64,000 bases of DNA from Thermoanaerobaculia bacterium (GCA_963664405.1 OY761158.1:2112001-2176000); one strand, 5' to 3'. Counted from the stretch's first letter, positions 9,454 through 20,196 are shown. Notes: a model not told the origin generated them from the sequence alone. Numbers and translations are program-made.

Positions 9454-10242
9454 ATGAGCCCGGACGAACCCACCCTGCTGACCCGCACCGTTGACGGCGT
9501 TCTGACGCTGAGCCTAAACCGTCCGAAGAAGCTCAACGCCCTGACTTACGAGATGATCGGCCTGCTGCTCGAGAATCTCGACCGCGCAGCCAACGACGAC
9601 GACATTCGCGCTGTCGTCCTGATCGGGGTGGGCCGAGCTTTCAGCTCTGGCGACGACATCGTCGCCAAGGGTGAGCCGCCGTTCGGAGTGCCGCCGGGCT
9701 CCCATCCGGTGCGCGAGCTGCCTCAACGCCTGGTCAAGACCTGGTACTGGCTGCGAAAGCCCTGCGTAGCCGGCATCCGCGGACACTGTCACGGCCTGGC
9801 TCACGATCTCGCGCTCGCCGCGGACTTCCGAGTGGTTTCCAAAACCACGGTATTCGGCGACCTGCGAGCCCGGATCGCCGCCCCCGTGGCAACTGGGGGC
9901 TCGTATCTGCTGCCCCGTCTGATCGGACTGCCGGCCGCCACCAATCTGCTGCTCACCGGAGACACTCTCGACGCCGAGGCCATGGACCGGTTCGGGCTGG
10001 TGACGCGCCTGGTCGAGGACGAGCGGCTGGAGGAAGAGACCCAAGACCTGGCGGCGAGCCTGGCCCAAGGCCCGACCAAGGCCCTGGGGTTGACGAAGTA
10101 TCAGATGCGCCGCAACCTGGAAACGACTTTCGCCGAAGCGATGGAGCTCGAGTTGGAGCTCCACGACGTGCCGCTGGAAGATCGCGTCGAGGGGGTGCGC
10201 TCCTTCGTCGAGAAGCGCGCGCCCCGCTACACCGGGCGCTGA
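9454..10242 (+). CDS. Enoyl-CoA hydratase/isomerase (crotonase) family
   Basis: LNRPKKLNAL, AFSSGDD, LALAADFRV, FVEKRAPRYTGR. Confidence 0.9.
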   Translation: MSPDEPTLLTRTVDGVLTLSLNRPKKLNALTYEMIGLLLENLDRAANDDDIRAVVLIGVGRAFSSGDDIVAKGEPPFGVPPGSHPVRELPQRLVKTWYWLRKPCVAGIRGHCHGLAHDLALAADFRVVSKTTVFGDLRARIAAPVATGGSYLLPRLIGLPAATNLLLTGDTLDAEAMDRFGLVTRLVEDERLEEETQDLAASLAQGPTKALGLTKYQMRRNLETTFAEAMELELELHDVPLEDRVEGVRSFVEKRAPRYTGR

Positions 10243-10270
10243 ACGGAGCCGAGACGAAGCCTCTCTGAGA

Positions 10271-11836
10271 TCACTGCGTCTCTTCCCCGAACAGCCGCTC
10301 GAGATGCTCCGGGGGAAGCGGGCTGCTGACGAGTGAGACGATGACGGTGATGACCACAGAGACGATCTGACCAAGGGCGGCGCAAGAAAAGGGGTTCGGA
10401 GCTTCGCCTCGCAGCCAAACCAGGACGCCCGCCACGCCTGTGCCGTCGAGCCAGGCCGGATCCAGGATCCCGGAGTGGAGCACCGAAAAGGTCACAACAC
10501 CGCCGACGAGCCCTGCTACGGCTCCAGCACGGGTTACGCCCTGCCACACCGAGCCAAGCACGAGCGGGCCCGCAAACCCCGCCATCATCCCGCCGAGACC
10601 GATCCACACCAGCAGCGTCACGTTCATTTCCATCAACAACCAGGCCAGAGCGGCACAGAGAAGCAGAAAGCCCACGGTACTCCAGCGACTGATCTCGAGT
10701 GCTCGACGATCCACCTCGTGGCTTGACAGCTGACGGCCCCAGCGCGGAATGAAGCTGCGACGATAGAGGTCGTTGGCGATGATCTGGGAGGAAGACACCA
10801 CCAGGCCATCCGCCGTGGACATGACGGCCGAGAGGATTCCGATCCCGAGAAGAGCGGCCAACCAGGGAGGAAATAGGTGGATGAAAAGCATGGGAAGGGA
10901 TTCGTTGGGAGTCGATCCCGGTGCTAGGAGGGCGTCGCCAAAGACCGCCCTGGCGAGGAGCCCGCCGAGGCCCAGAGACGACAGCAGGAGGAAGATACCC
11001 ATGGTCAGCCAGACGAAGCGTCGGCGCATCCGAGTTTCCCGGAGCGCCCAGAGTTTGTTGCCGATGTGGGGGAGGAGGCCCAGCGGGACGTGAGCCAAGA
11101 CGAGGGCAACGAGGGACCACCAGGAGTGGAAGAGCGGGGTATCGGGATTGAGCAGCCGAAGCGCGTTGGCGTCGAGCTCTTCCACGGCCTTCAGCACCCC
11201 TCCTGCCCCTCCGCCTACGCCGGCGCCGAAGGCGAACAGGACGATCACGAGGATGGCGATGAGAAGCATGAGAAAGCCTTGCACGCCGTCGGTGAGGATG
11301 TCCGCGTGCGCGCCTCCCAGGGACACATAGACACCCAGGACCGTCGTGGTCAGAGCAAGACCCCAGAAGGGGGAGATGCCCAACATGACTTCGAACATGA
11401 CCAGGCCGGCCACGATCTGGCCGGTGAGGTAGAGGAGTAGGAGCAGCGAGAAGAGCGCCACTGCGATGCGCAGACCGTCGGACTGGTAGCGGTCACCCAG
11501 GAACTCGGGAATCGACCGGTTGCCGAAGCGATGGCCGGCGATGGTGATGAGCCTCATGGAGAGGCTCAGACCCAGGAAGGCCCCCACCGGCGCGAGCACG
11601 GCCGCCCACAGAGAGGAGATTCCTACTTCGTAGGCGATGCCCGGCGAGCCGAGGAAAGTAGCTCCGCTCGAGATCGTCGACGCCGTCGCCAGGGCGAGAA
11701 AGACTGGTCCGTAGCTACCGCGGGCGGTGGCGAAGTCATCGGCGCCCCGGACGCGGGTGCGGCCGACGAGGCCAAGTACGACCATCATGCCGACGAAGAG
11801 GGCGAGGAATAGCCACGACCAGGTGGTCAGATCCAT
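10271..11836 (-). CDS. Sodium:solute symporter (SSS, PanF/PutP-like)
   Basis: About 13 hydrophobic segments; SGATFLG.PG, IPEFLGDRY, TDGVQG, SAVMSTAD. Confidence 0.9.
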   Translation of the reverse strand: MDLTTWSWLFLALFVGMMVVLGLVGRTRVRGADDFATARGSYGPVFLALATASTISSGATFLGSPGIAYEVGISSLWAAVLAPVGAFLGLSLSMRLITIAGHRFGNRSIPEFLGDRYQSDGLRIAVALFSLLLLLYLTGQIVAGLVMFEVMLGISPFWGLALTTTVLGVYVSLGGAHADILTDGVQGFLMLLIAILVIVLFAFGAGVGGGAGGVLKAVEELDANALRLLNPDTPLFHSWWSLVALVLAHVPLGLLPHIGNKLWALRETRMRRRFVWLTMGIFLLLSSLGLGGLLARAVFGDALLAPGSTPNESLPMLFIHLFPPWLAALLGIGILSAVMSTADGLVVSSSQIIANDLYRRSFIPRWGRQLSSHEVDRRALEISRWSTVGFLLLCAALAWLLMEMNVTLLVWIGLGGMMAGFAGPLVLGSVWQGVTRAGAVAGLVGGVVTFSVLHSGILDPAWLDGTGVAGVLVWLRGEAPNPFSCAALGQIVSVVITVIVSLVSSPLPPEHLERLFGEETQ

Positions 11837-11891
11837 AAGCTACGAGCCTACGATAGGAGAGGAGATTCCCTAGGATATCCTGTCAACCTGC

Positions 11892-13778
11892 ATGCACCTT
11901 CTATGGGCTCTCGTCCTCCTGTGTATCTGCGCCTGCGGCGTCGAAAGCGGGCCGCGCGACGAGGTTGCTGGCAGTGCTGAGCTGGAACCGGCCACGGAGG
12001 CGAACCGGCTGCGCAACGCCTATTTCGGCGACCTCCACGTCCACACCAAGTACTCCCTCGACAGTTACACCTTCGGCAATCAGCTGAGCCCTCGGGACGC
12101 CTACCTCTTTGCCCGCGGTGGTGTAGTAACCGTGAGCGACGGCGCGAGTCAGCAACTGGCGGAGCCTCTCGACTTCGCGGCGGTCACCGACCACGTCGAG
12201 ACGCTGGTGGAGTACGCCAGGTGCGTGGAAGGAAGCGGCGAAGTCCATGACTCTCCTTTCTGTGCCGCCGTCCGTACTCGCGACTCCAATATGATGACGC
12301 GCCTCCGCGCCCAGGTCGCCGACCGCCCCCAACACCATCCGGAAGTCTGCCCCGAGGGGCCATCGTGCAGTGAGGCGGTTGCAGGACCCTGGCGCGAGAT
12401 CCGCCGTGCCGCCGAAGAGTTTTACGAGCCGGGCCGCTTCACCACTTTCATCGCCTACGAGTATTCCCCTCCGCTCGAGGACGGTGGCATGTTGCACCGT
12501 AACGAGATCTTCCGCGGCTCCGAAGTGCCCGAGGTGCCGCTCGGCTTCTTCGAGCTGCCCACAGCACAGGACCTGTGGCGCTGGCTGGACATGACTTGCA
12601 CAGGCCCTTGCAAGGTTCTCTCCATTCCTCACAACACCAACTTCTCGTGGGGCCTCGCTTTCACCGCCAATTCCGAGAACGGAGGCCCTCTTTCGCGGCG
12701 CATGCTGCAGACCCGGGCCGAGCTCGAAAGGCTGGTCGAGATCATCCAACACAAGGGCTCATCCGAATGCGCGGTAGGTGTCGGCACCACCGACGAAGAG
12801 TGCGCTTTCGAGCAGATCTTCGAGCCCTGCACCGGCGACCGGGAGACCGCCTGCGCCCGCGAAGGCTCGTACGCACGGGACGCGCTCGCCTCCGGCCTCG
12901 CGCACCAGCGCGAGATCGGTTTCAATCCGTTCAAGCTCGGCTTCATCGGCAGCACCGATACCCACGAGGCGATCCCGGGGGCGGTCGAGGAGGATCGCTA
13001 TCTGGGCCACTTCGGAACGGTCGACGACTCCACCGCCAAGCGGCTCACCGGCAACACCCTTCCGGCCGGAACGCACGCCCTCCTTGGTGAGCGGGCCGGC
13101 AACGCTCTTTACAACCCAGGGGGGCTCGCCGGCGTGTGGGCGGAGTCGAACACCCGAGAGTCGATCTACGACGCCCTGCGCCGTCGCGAGACCTTCGCCA
13201 CCAGCGGCCCTCGCATTCGCGTCCGACTCTTCGGCGGCTGGGATTACGCCTCGGATCTCCACCTGAAGGCGAAGGCGGTAGCCCTCGCCTACGAGGAAGG
13301 GGTGCCCATGGGCGGGGACCTGCCGCTCACATCCGACGACAGAGCTCCCCGCTTTCTAGTTCTCGCCAGCAAGGACCCGGAAGGCGCGGACCTCGACCGC
13401 ATCGAGCTGATCAAGGTCTGGGTCGTCGAGGGTGAGAAGCGGGAGCGCATCTACGACGTGGCGTGCTCTGACGGTCGCGAGGCCGATTCCGGGAGCGGGC
13501 GCTGTGCCAGGAGTGGCGCAGGTGTGGACCTTTCAGACTGCAGCGTCGCCGGCGGCCGAGGAGCAGCGGAGCTTGGGACGGTGTGGATCGACCCCGACTT
13601 CGATCCGCGCACGCCGGCTCTCTACTACGTACGGGTGCTAGAGAACCCGACCTGCCGGTGGACGACTTTGGAGTCCTTGCGCACCGGACTCCCGCCTCCA
13701 GCTCAAGTACCGGCAACGATCCAAGAGCGCTCCTGGAGCTCTCCGATCTGGTATTCCCCGCCTAGTCTACGGAAGTGA
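11892..13778 (+). CDS. DUF3604 domain lipoprotein (canonical type, PHP-fold metallohydrolase)
   Basis: Lipobox ICAC; YFGDLHVHT..S.D, LDFAAVTDH, YEYS, LHRN, IPHN, GSTDTH, QERSWSSPIWY. Confidence 0.88.
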   Translation: MHLLWALVLLCICACGVESGPRDEVAGSAELEPATEANRLRNAYFGDLHVHTKYSLDSYTFGNQLSPRDAYLFARGGVVTVSDGASQQLAEPLDFAAVTDHVETLVEYARCVEGSGEVHDSPFCAAVRTRDSNMMTRLRAQVADRPQHHPEVCPEGPSCSEAVAGPWREIRRAAEEFYEPGRFTTFIAYEYSPPLEDGGMLHRNEIFRGSEVPEVPLGFFELPTAQDLWRWLDMTCTGPCKVLSIPHNTNFSWGLAFTANSENGGPLSRRMLQTRAELERLVEIIQHKGSSECAVGVGTTDEECAFEQIFEPCTGDRETACAREGSYARDALASGLAHQREIGFNPFKLGFIGSTDTHEAIPGAVEEDRYLGHFGTVDDSTAKRLTGNTLPAGTHALLGERAGNALYNPGGLAGVWAESNTRESIYDALRRRETFATSGPRIRVRLFGGWDYASDLHLKAKAVALAYEEGVPMGGDLPLTSDDRAPRFLVLASKDPEGADLDRIELIKVWVVEGEKRERIYDVACSDGREADSGSGRCARSGAGVDLSDCSVAGGRGAAELGTVWIDPDFDPRTPALYYVRVLENPTCRWTTLESLRTGLPPPAQVPATIQERSWSSPIWYSPPSLRK

Positions 13779-13794
13779 TGGAGGAGGAGCGAAG

Positions 13795-14178
13795 ATGGCA
13801 CATGAGTTTCACCACGGACACATCAAGTCGAAAGATCCCAGCAAGACTGCCCGCTGGTGGGCCGAGACATTCGGTGCGAAGGTCCTCGAGGAAAGAAACA
13901 TTCACGGGGCTCTCTTTGCTCCTGTAGAGATCAGTGGTGTCGTCATCAACATCTCCACTCCTATAGAAGAGGAAAGAGACAAGATGAGCGATGGTGATGC
14001 GGGTCTCCGCTATGGCTTCGAGCACATCGGTTTGCTTACGGACGATCTCGAAGCCGATCTTGCCCGGATTGCGGAACAGGGATTGGAGATATTCGACGTG
14101 CGCGACTCACCGCAGGCCAAAATCGCTTTCGTGGAAACCCCCGACAAAGTGCGGGTCGAGCTCATCCAACGCCGCTAG
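13795..14178 (+). CDS. VOC/glyoxalase family protein
   Basis: FHHGHI, FEHIGL, PDKVRVELIQ; strong RBS GGAGGAGG. Confidence 0.88.
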   Translation: MAHEFHHGHIKSKDPSKTARWWAETFGAKVLEERNIHGALFAPVEISGVVINISTPIEEERDKMSDGDAGLRYGFEHIGLLTDDLEADLARIAEQGLEIFDVRDSPQAKIAFVETPDKVRVELIQRR

Positions 14179-14459
14179 CTCCGCTTGGGTAAGCGGCTGG
14201 TGCCGTAGAGCTCCGCCACTTGGGGCCCCACCGCCCTCTTCAGCACCCCCTCGTTGCCGCTGCCCAAGACCGGGAGCGAGCGGTCGAAGGCACCCGAGAT
14301 GTCGAGAGCTCCCGGTACGGCGGAAATGCCGCGACCTCGCATAGCCGTGGTCTGGTCCCAGAGACATGATCTCCGTTGGCTACCACCGCATCGGGCGCAA
14401 AAGAGAGACCACGAGCGAGAAGCTACCCACGGAATCAGTGGGTCGACCCGTAAAGGTTC

Positions 14460-14799
14460 GCCGGCCAGCGGCAGCTGGAAGTTGATCCACTTCGGAGAAT
14501 CGGTGGCGCTCGACGAGCATCCGACAGGTAAGATCGAGCTCTACAAGCTCGCCTCCGAGGCCGGAGAGACGAAGGACCTTGTGGAGCGGCATCCCCAAAT
14601 CGTCAAGGAGCTCTTTGCAAAAATGCACAAATTCCGCCTGATGGCGCCGAGCGCCGCAACCGCCGACTTCTACGACGGCGCCCCGCAAGAAACGCGGGAC
14701 TTCCACGCCCTGTTTCGTCAGGGGGAAGCACCTGACGACCTCAACCATGCGATCCCCGGCGTCGTGGCCCCGGTTCAGTGGCGCATTCCTTCCCTATGA
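14460..14799 (+). pseudogene. C-terminal remnant of a sulfatase
   Basis: GSWKLI...ELYKLASEAGETKDLVERHPQIVKEL resembles the sulfatase C-terminal ELYDL..DP.E..DL...P motif; no CxPxR upstream; its TGA overlaps the ATG of the next gene. Confidence 0.6.
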
Positions 14800-17462
14800 T
14801 GCCCGCACGCGCCAAATCGATCGCCGCTTGGATGGCCGTCGCAATGCTCGTCGGCGGCGGCTGCGCCGATCGCGCCCAGCGCACCGAGCCGACGTCCACG
14901 GATGACTACCTCTCCACGGAGCTACGGCGGGAGGTCGAGAAGCTCAAGCGCGACGTTGCCCAGTCGCCAACGACCGCGGCGACCCTGCCGGAGCGGGTAG
15001 ACGTTCTGTGGCCGTGGGCCAACGCCTACGCGCTGACCGGCGGCCCGATGCCGGTCAACTTCCCGCTCGAGGTGACCGTCGTGCGCTGGGGAGCCGCCGA
15101 CGATCGAGGGCCCGACGACACTATCGTCGAGGACATGGACTTCTTCACCCTCACCCGCCTGTCGTCGGTGATGGACGGCTACGTTCGCGAGTTCACGCTC
15201 AAAGATGAGACCCCCGATGCCCTCGGCGAGCTCCGCCTCGATCCCGGCACCCCTCTCGCGGCCGGGAGCTGGACGACACTGCAGGTGATCTGGACGGTGG
15301 GGTCGGTGCCGATGCAGCCTGGTGGCGCTCTTCTCATGGGGACCCAGTACATGGGCGACCAGGGCCGTGAACAGACCGGCGATCCGGCCGGCGACCACTT
15401 CGTCTCGATCGCGTCGTCGAATCCGGAGGCCCGCTTCGAGCCGACGGAGGTGCCGCTCTCGGGGCTCCACGGCGGCTTCGTAGTCGAAAGACCGACGCCC
15501 GCGTACCGCCTGCTCGGCCCTCAGCTCGAGCCCGGTGACACTGTCACTCTCACCTACGGCGACCGCTCGGGCGGATCTCGTGGGCTGAAGGTACAGAGCT
15601 TCACCACCGATGCTCTGATCCTCCCGGTCTATCTCGATCTCGACGGCCAGGGCCGCTTCGTCACGCCGAGCTGGCCCAGTGTTCCCATCCTCGGCGGCGA
15701 GATCCGGTCGATCTGGCCGCTCGCACCGTCGGTGGTCGACCCCGGCGAGACCTTCAGCCTCGGAATCCGTAGTCAGGACGGTCTCTACAACCGCGCCACC
15801 GGCGCCATCCCCGGCTACAGGGTGCACCTCGATGGCGAGCTGGTCGCCGAGGTCGCCGCCGGGACCGCACCGGTCGTTTCGGTCCCGAACCTCGCGATCG
15901 ACGAGCCGGGGGTCCACCGCCTCGAAGTCGCCTCGGCCGACGGCAAGCTCCGAGCTACGAGTAATCCAATCTGGGTCCGCGACAGCGCTCAGACCCCTCG
16001 CATTCTCTGGGGCGAGACGCACGGCCATAGCGGCTTCGCCGAGGGCCAGGGCACGGCGGAGGGCTACTTTCTCTACGCCAGAGAGGACTCCCGCCTCGAC
16101 TTCGTCACTCTCTCGGAGCACGACTTCTGGATGGACGATTTCGAGTGGAAAAGGCTGCAGGACCTCTCGCGAGAAGCGACAGCGAGTGGGCTGGTAGCGT
16201 TCCTCGGCTACGAGTGGACGGCCATCCGTTCGCGCGGCGGACACCACAACGTTCTCTTCCGCACCCCCGACCACAACCGCGTGCCCCTCCAGGAGGCCGG
16301 GCGGCTATCTGCTCTCTATGAAGGCCTGCGCCGAGAGGTGGACCCCGACGATGTCGTCGTCATTCCACACGCCCATATGGCCGGGGACTGGACCCAGAGC
16401 GATGCCGATCTCGAGCGCCTCACCGAGATCTATTCGATGCACGGCACCTTCGAGTGGTTCGGCAATATGTATCTGCGTAACGGCTGGGAGATCGGCTTCG
16501 TCGCTGCGTCGGACGACCACCGTGCTCAACCGGGGGCGCCCCACGGCCTCTATCGCCTGACCCTGGCCGGTAGCGGGGGACTGGCCGCGGTGCTGGCGCC
16601 GGAGCGCACCCCCGACGCCATCTTCGACGCCATGCGCTCGCGCTCGGTCTACGCGACGTCCGGCCCGAGGATTCTCCTCGATGCCAAGCTCAACGGGCAC
16701 CCGATGGGGACTCGTCAACCCGACGCCACGGAGCGGAAGATCGAGTGCCGAGTTTTCGGAACCTCCCCGATCGATCGTATCGACGTGGTGAAAAACGGCG
16801 AGATCGTCATGACCAGGCGCTACCTCGGGACCGCGCTCGACGGCGACCCTTGGGTGCTGGTCGGCTTCGAGTCGGAGTCCGAGGTCTTCACTCTGGACAC
16901 CACCGACAACCCGCGCCCGTACCGGCGCTGGAAAGGCACGATCGAGGTGGAGGGGGCAGACGTCACTGGCGTCTCGGGGCCGGGGCTCGACAACATCATC
17001 GTCGATGCCTTCGAGGTCGACCCGGAGAGCCCGAACAAGATCCATTTCAACGTCCTGACCCGAGGTCGGCGCGACGCTCTACTGGTCAAGCTGGCTGACG
17101 CCTCGACCACCACCACCTTCAGCATCCACCTCGAAGAGACCACGGAAGAGGGCCTCGGTCGGCCTGAGACCATCCGTCCCGCCCAGGACCTGCCGGGGGA
17201 CGATCTCACTCTGCCCTTCACCGACCTTGTGGGCGGCCGACTCGAGCGCGAGCTAAGGGTCGGTGAGCACACCGATCGCGTCTCCATCGAGATCGTCGAT
17301 CCCGAGGCGGCGCTGGACCGCGACTTCGAATTCACCGACCTCGAGAGCCCACGGCCCGGGGACTACTACTACGTCAGGGTCACCCAGCTCGACAGCGGCC
17401 GGGCCTGGTCGAGTCCGTTCTGGGTTGGCGAGAAGGACACCGAGCCATCAGGAGAACGCTGA
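14796..17462 (+). CDS. Large PHP/DUF3604-like (CehA/McbA-related) metallohydrolase lipoprotein, paralogue 1
   Basis: Lipobox GGGC; WGETHGH, SEHD, GYEWT, GHHNV, IPHAH, ASDDH, YATSG, DYYYVRVTQLD..RAWSSPFWVG. Confidence 0.8.
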   Translation: MMPARAKSIAAWMAVAMLVGGGCADRAQRTEPTSTDDYLSTELRREVEKLKRDVAQSPTTAATLPERVDVLWPWANAYALTGGPMPVNFPLEVTVVRWGAADDRGPDDTIVEDMDFFTLTRLSSVMDGYVREFTLKDETPDALGELRLDPGTPLAAGSWTTLQVIWTVGSVPMQPGGALLMGTQYMGDQGREQTGDPAGDHFVSIASSNPEARFEPTEVPLSGLHGGFVVERPTPAYRLLGPQLEPGDTVTLTYGDRSGGSRGLKVQSFTTDALILPVYLDLDGQGRFVTPSWPSVPILGGEIRSIWPLAPSVVDPGETFSLGIRSQDGLYNRATGAIPGYRVHLDGELVAEVAAGTAPVVSVPNLAIDEPGVHRLEVASADGKLRATSNPIWVRDSAQTPRILWGETHGHSGFAEGQGTAEGYFLYAREDSRLDFVTLSEHDFWMDDFEWKRLQDLSREATASGLVAFLGYEWTAIRSRGGHHNVLFRTPDHNRVPLQEAGRLSALYEGLRREVDPDDVVVIPHAHMAGDWTQSDADLERLTEIYSMHGTFEWFGNMYLRNGWEIGFVAASDDHRAQPGAPHGLYRLTLAGSGGLAAVLAPERTPDAIFDAMRSRSVYATSGPRILLDAKLNGHPMGTRQPDATERKIECRVFGTSPIDRIDVVKNGEIVMTRRYLGTALDGDPWVLVGFESESEVFTLDTTDNPRPYRRWKGTIEVEGADVTGVSGPGLDNIIVDAFEVDPESPNKIHFNVLTRGRRDALLVKLADASTTTTFSIHLEETTEEGLGRPETIRPAQDLPGDDLTLPFTDLVGGRLERELRVGEHTDRVSIEIVDPEAALDRDFEFTDLESPRPGDYYYVRVTQLDSGRAWSSPFWVGEKDTEPSGER

Positions 17463-18691
17463 TGGCGGCTCTCTCCTGTCTGTATCCCGTGCTCACCGTC
17501 GCCCTCGTCTTGGGGGTCGCGCTCCCAGGCTGGGCGGCGGAGCCGGAGCTCACCAACCAGATCCTCTTCCCCGAGGAGCCGCACGCCTGGTACCGCATCC
17601 CCTCGCTGGCCATCTCCAAGAGTGGCGTCGTCCTCGCCTTCGCCGAACGGCGCATCGGCACCGCTCACGACTACGGCCACGACAGCGAGAGCGTGCTGCG
17701 CCGGAGCTTCGACTCCGGCAAGACCTGGGCGCCGATCCAGACCATTATCAGCGAGAAGCATCTCGATCCCGACAGTGGGCCTGTGGTCGTCGACTACCAG
17801 ACGGGCCGCATCTTCCGGTTCTTCAAGTGGGTATCCTCGAGCGTGCGCTCGGCTCAGTGGGACACCGAGCACCCCGAGGAGATGAAGAAGCTCGGCTACG
17901 CATCGTACGAGATCCACAGCGACGATGATGGCGTAAGCTGGTCGCTGCCAAGGAACATCGGCCTCCACCACCCCGAGGCGAAGAGCCGGTTGAGCGTCGG
18001 CAACGGCAGCCACGGGATCCAGCTCGCGGACGGGCGGCTTGTGATCCAGGGCGGCTGGATGGCGGAGCCGAACTGGGTCAGCGCCGGCAAGTACATGCGG
18101 GGCTGCTTCATCGTCAGCGACGACCATGGGGAGACCTGGAGGATCGCGGGCTACTACAAGCCGACCGAGGAGGACCTCCGGACCAAGCCAACGACCGCGC
18201 CCGGAGGCATGCAGGTCGAGTACAACCTCTTGGAGCTCAACGATGGCTCGATCTACGTCAACGCGAGAGCCGCCCGCAATGCCGTCGGCATCGACGCCGA
18301 CCATCCCTGGCGCACCATCCTCTGGAGCAAGGACCGCGGCGAGACCATGGAAGGGTGGCACTATCAGGAAGGGCAGATCAGCGGCACCCACGCCGGGCTC
18401 CAACGCTACGACCACGACCGCATCCTGATGTCGTTCGCCACCAAGTCGGGACGCCGCGAGATGTCGATCACGATGAGCCCCGACGAGGGCAAGAGCTGGC
18501 CGACCACCAAGGTCATCGATCCGGGACCGGGGAGCTACTCGGACATCGCCGTCACCGCGGACAAGGACATTCTGGTCCTCTACGAGGCAGGTCACCAGGA
18601 CCGGACCGTGACCTCAGGGACGCAGCCCGGAGGGTGGGCCGACTGGCTCTCGCTGGCGCGCTTCAACAAGACCTGGCTCGAGACGAAGTAG
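17462..18691 (+). CDS. Exo-alpha-sialidase-like (GH33/BNR-repeat) protein
   Basis: Signal peptide; YRIP motif; Asp-boxes SFDSGKTW, SDDDGVSW, SDDHGETW, SKDRGET, SPDEGKSW; SYSD. Confidence 0.85.
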   Translation: MAALSCLYPVLTVALVLGVALPGWAAEPELTNQILFPEEPHAWYRIPSLAISKSGVVLAFAERRIGTAHDYGHDSESVLRRSFDSGKTWAPIQTIISEKHLDPDSGPVVVDYQTGRIFRFFKWVSSSVRSAQWDTEHPEEMKKLGYASYEIHSDDDGVSWSLPRNIGLHHPEAKSRLSVGNGSHGIQLADGRLVIQGGWMAEPNWVSAGKYMRGCFIVSDDHGETWRIAGYYKPTEEDLRTKPTTAPGGMQVEYNLLELNDGSIYVNARAARNAVGIDADHPWRTILWSKDRGETMEGWHYQEGQISGTHAGLQRYDHDRILMSFATKSGRREMSITMSPDEGKSWPTTKVIDPGPGSYSDIAVTADKDILVLYEAGHQDRTVTSGTQPGGWADWLSLARFNKTWLETK

Positions 18692-18700
18692 GCTATCGAG

Positions 18701-20113
18701 ATGGCTTGTCGATCTGAACTAGGAGAGCGCGTTCGTGCCCCAGGGCGGCACACGACGTACTTTCTTCTCGCGCTCGGCCTGTCGTTCGCCGGCGTCGCCA
18801 CTGGCCAGACGGCTTCGGCCTCGCCCAAGCCCAACGTGCTCTTCATCGTCGTCGATGACCTCAACGACTGGGTGGGCTACCTCGGAGGCAACGCGCAATC
18901 CCCGACGCCGAACCTCGATCGGCTGGCCCGTCGAGGAGTCCGCTTCACCCACGCCTACGCCCCCGTCTCGGTCTGCAATCCCTCTCGCGCCGCGGTCCTC
19001 TCCGGCATGCGGGCGTCGACCACCGGCGTCTACGACAACCACACCGACTGGCGCCCGCTCGTCCCCGAGCCCCAGATGATCACCGCCCAGTTCCGCAACG
19101 CCGGCTACTGGGTCGCCGGCGCAGGGAAGGTTCATCACTATCTTCGTGCAAGCGACTGGAACGAGTTCATCAGGAGCAAAGACGGCTTCAGGCGCCGGCC
19201 CGGCGACACGATGCACCGCTCGAGCGTCAACGACGTGCCCGACGACGCGATGGCGGACCACCGCAACGTGACCTGGCTCGTCGAGCAGCTCCAGAAGGAG
19301 CGCGATCAGCCCTTGTTCCTCGCCGCCGGGCTGATGAAGCCTCACCTACCGTGGAACGTGCCGCGCAAGTACTACGACCGCTTCCCGGTCGAGATCATCG
19401 AGCTGCCGCCGTACCTGGAAACCGACCTCGGCGATCTGCCACCGATCGGCGTGAAGCAGGCCCGTGAAGTGGGGCGCGGGCCGATGGCCGAGAGCGACCA
19501 CGAGAAGATCCTCCGGACCGGGCGGTGGAAGGACACCATCCAGGGCTATCTGGCGGCGATCGCGTTCATGGACGGGCAGCTCGGCCGGCTCATCGACGCG
19601 CTCGATCACAGTCCCATGCGCGACAACACCATCGTGGTGCTGTGGAGCGACCACGGCTGGCATCTCGGAGAGAAGCATCACTGGCGCAAGATGACCTTAT
19701 GGGAGGAAGCCACCCGCGTGCCCTTCCTCTGGGTCGTTCCCGGCGTGACCAAGCCGGATACCGTCTGTAACCGAACGGTCGATCTCATGAGCATCTATCC
19801 GACGCTGATGGAGCTCGTCGGTCTGCCGATCCCGGAGCACGTCGATGGCGTCAGCATTCACCAGCTGCTCGCCGACCCGACTTCGGAGTGGAAGCGTCCG
19901 GCGCTCTCCACCTATCTCTTCGAGAACCATGCCATCCGGTCGGACAATTGGCGCTACATCCGCTACTCCGACGGCGGCGAAGAGCTCTACAACGAGGAGA
20001 AAGATCCCAACGAGTGGACCAATCTGGCGGGGAAACCAGAGCTCTCCTCGGTGAAGGCGAAGCTGGCGAATTTCCTCCCAAAGGTCAACGCCCAGCCGGG
20101 GCCCCGGATGTAA
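18701..20113 (+). CDS. Sulfatase (iduronate-2-sulfatase/choline-sulfatase-like)
   Basis: PNVLFIVVDDLND, CNPSRAAVLSG, KPHLP, WSDHGWHLGEK. Confidence 0.92.
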   Translation: MACRSELGERVRAPGRHTTYFLLALGLSFAGVATGQTASASPKPNVLFIVVDDLNDWVGYLGGNAQSPTPNLDRLARRGVRFTHAYAPVSVCNPSRAAVLSGMRASTTGVYDNHTDWRPLVPEPQMITAQFRNAGYWVAGAGKVHHYLRASDWNEFIRSKDGFRRRPGDTMHRSSVNDVPDDAMADHRNVTWLVEQLQKERDQPLFLAAGLMKPHLPWNVPRKYYDRFPVEIIELPPYLETDLGDLPPIGVKQAREVGRGPMAESDHEKILRTGRWKDTIQGYLAAIAFMDGQLGRLIDALDHSPMRDNTIVVLWSDHGWHLGEKHHWRKMTLWEEATRVPFLWVVPGVTKPDTVCNRTVDLMSIYPTLMELVGLPIPEHVDGVSIHQLLADPTSEWKRPALSTYLFENHAIRSDNWRYIRYSDGGEELYNEEKDPNEWTNLAGKPELSSVKAKLANFLPKVNAQPGPRM

Positions 20114-20196
20114 GGGGGACCGCCTGGCGGCGAGGACCGAAACCCTGAGCTTTGTCAGATCGATGCGGCCCCTCCCACCTTCCGTCCGCGGGCGGC

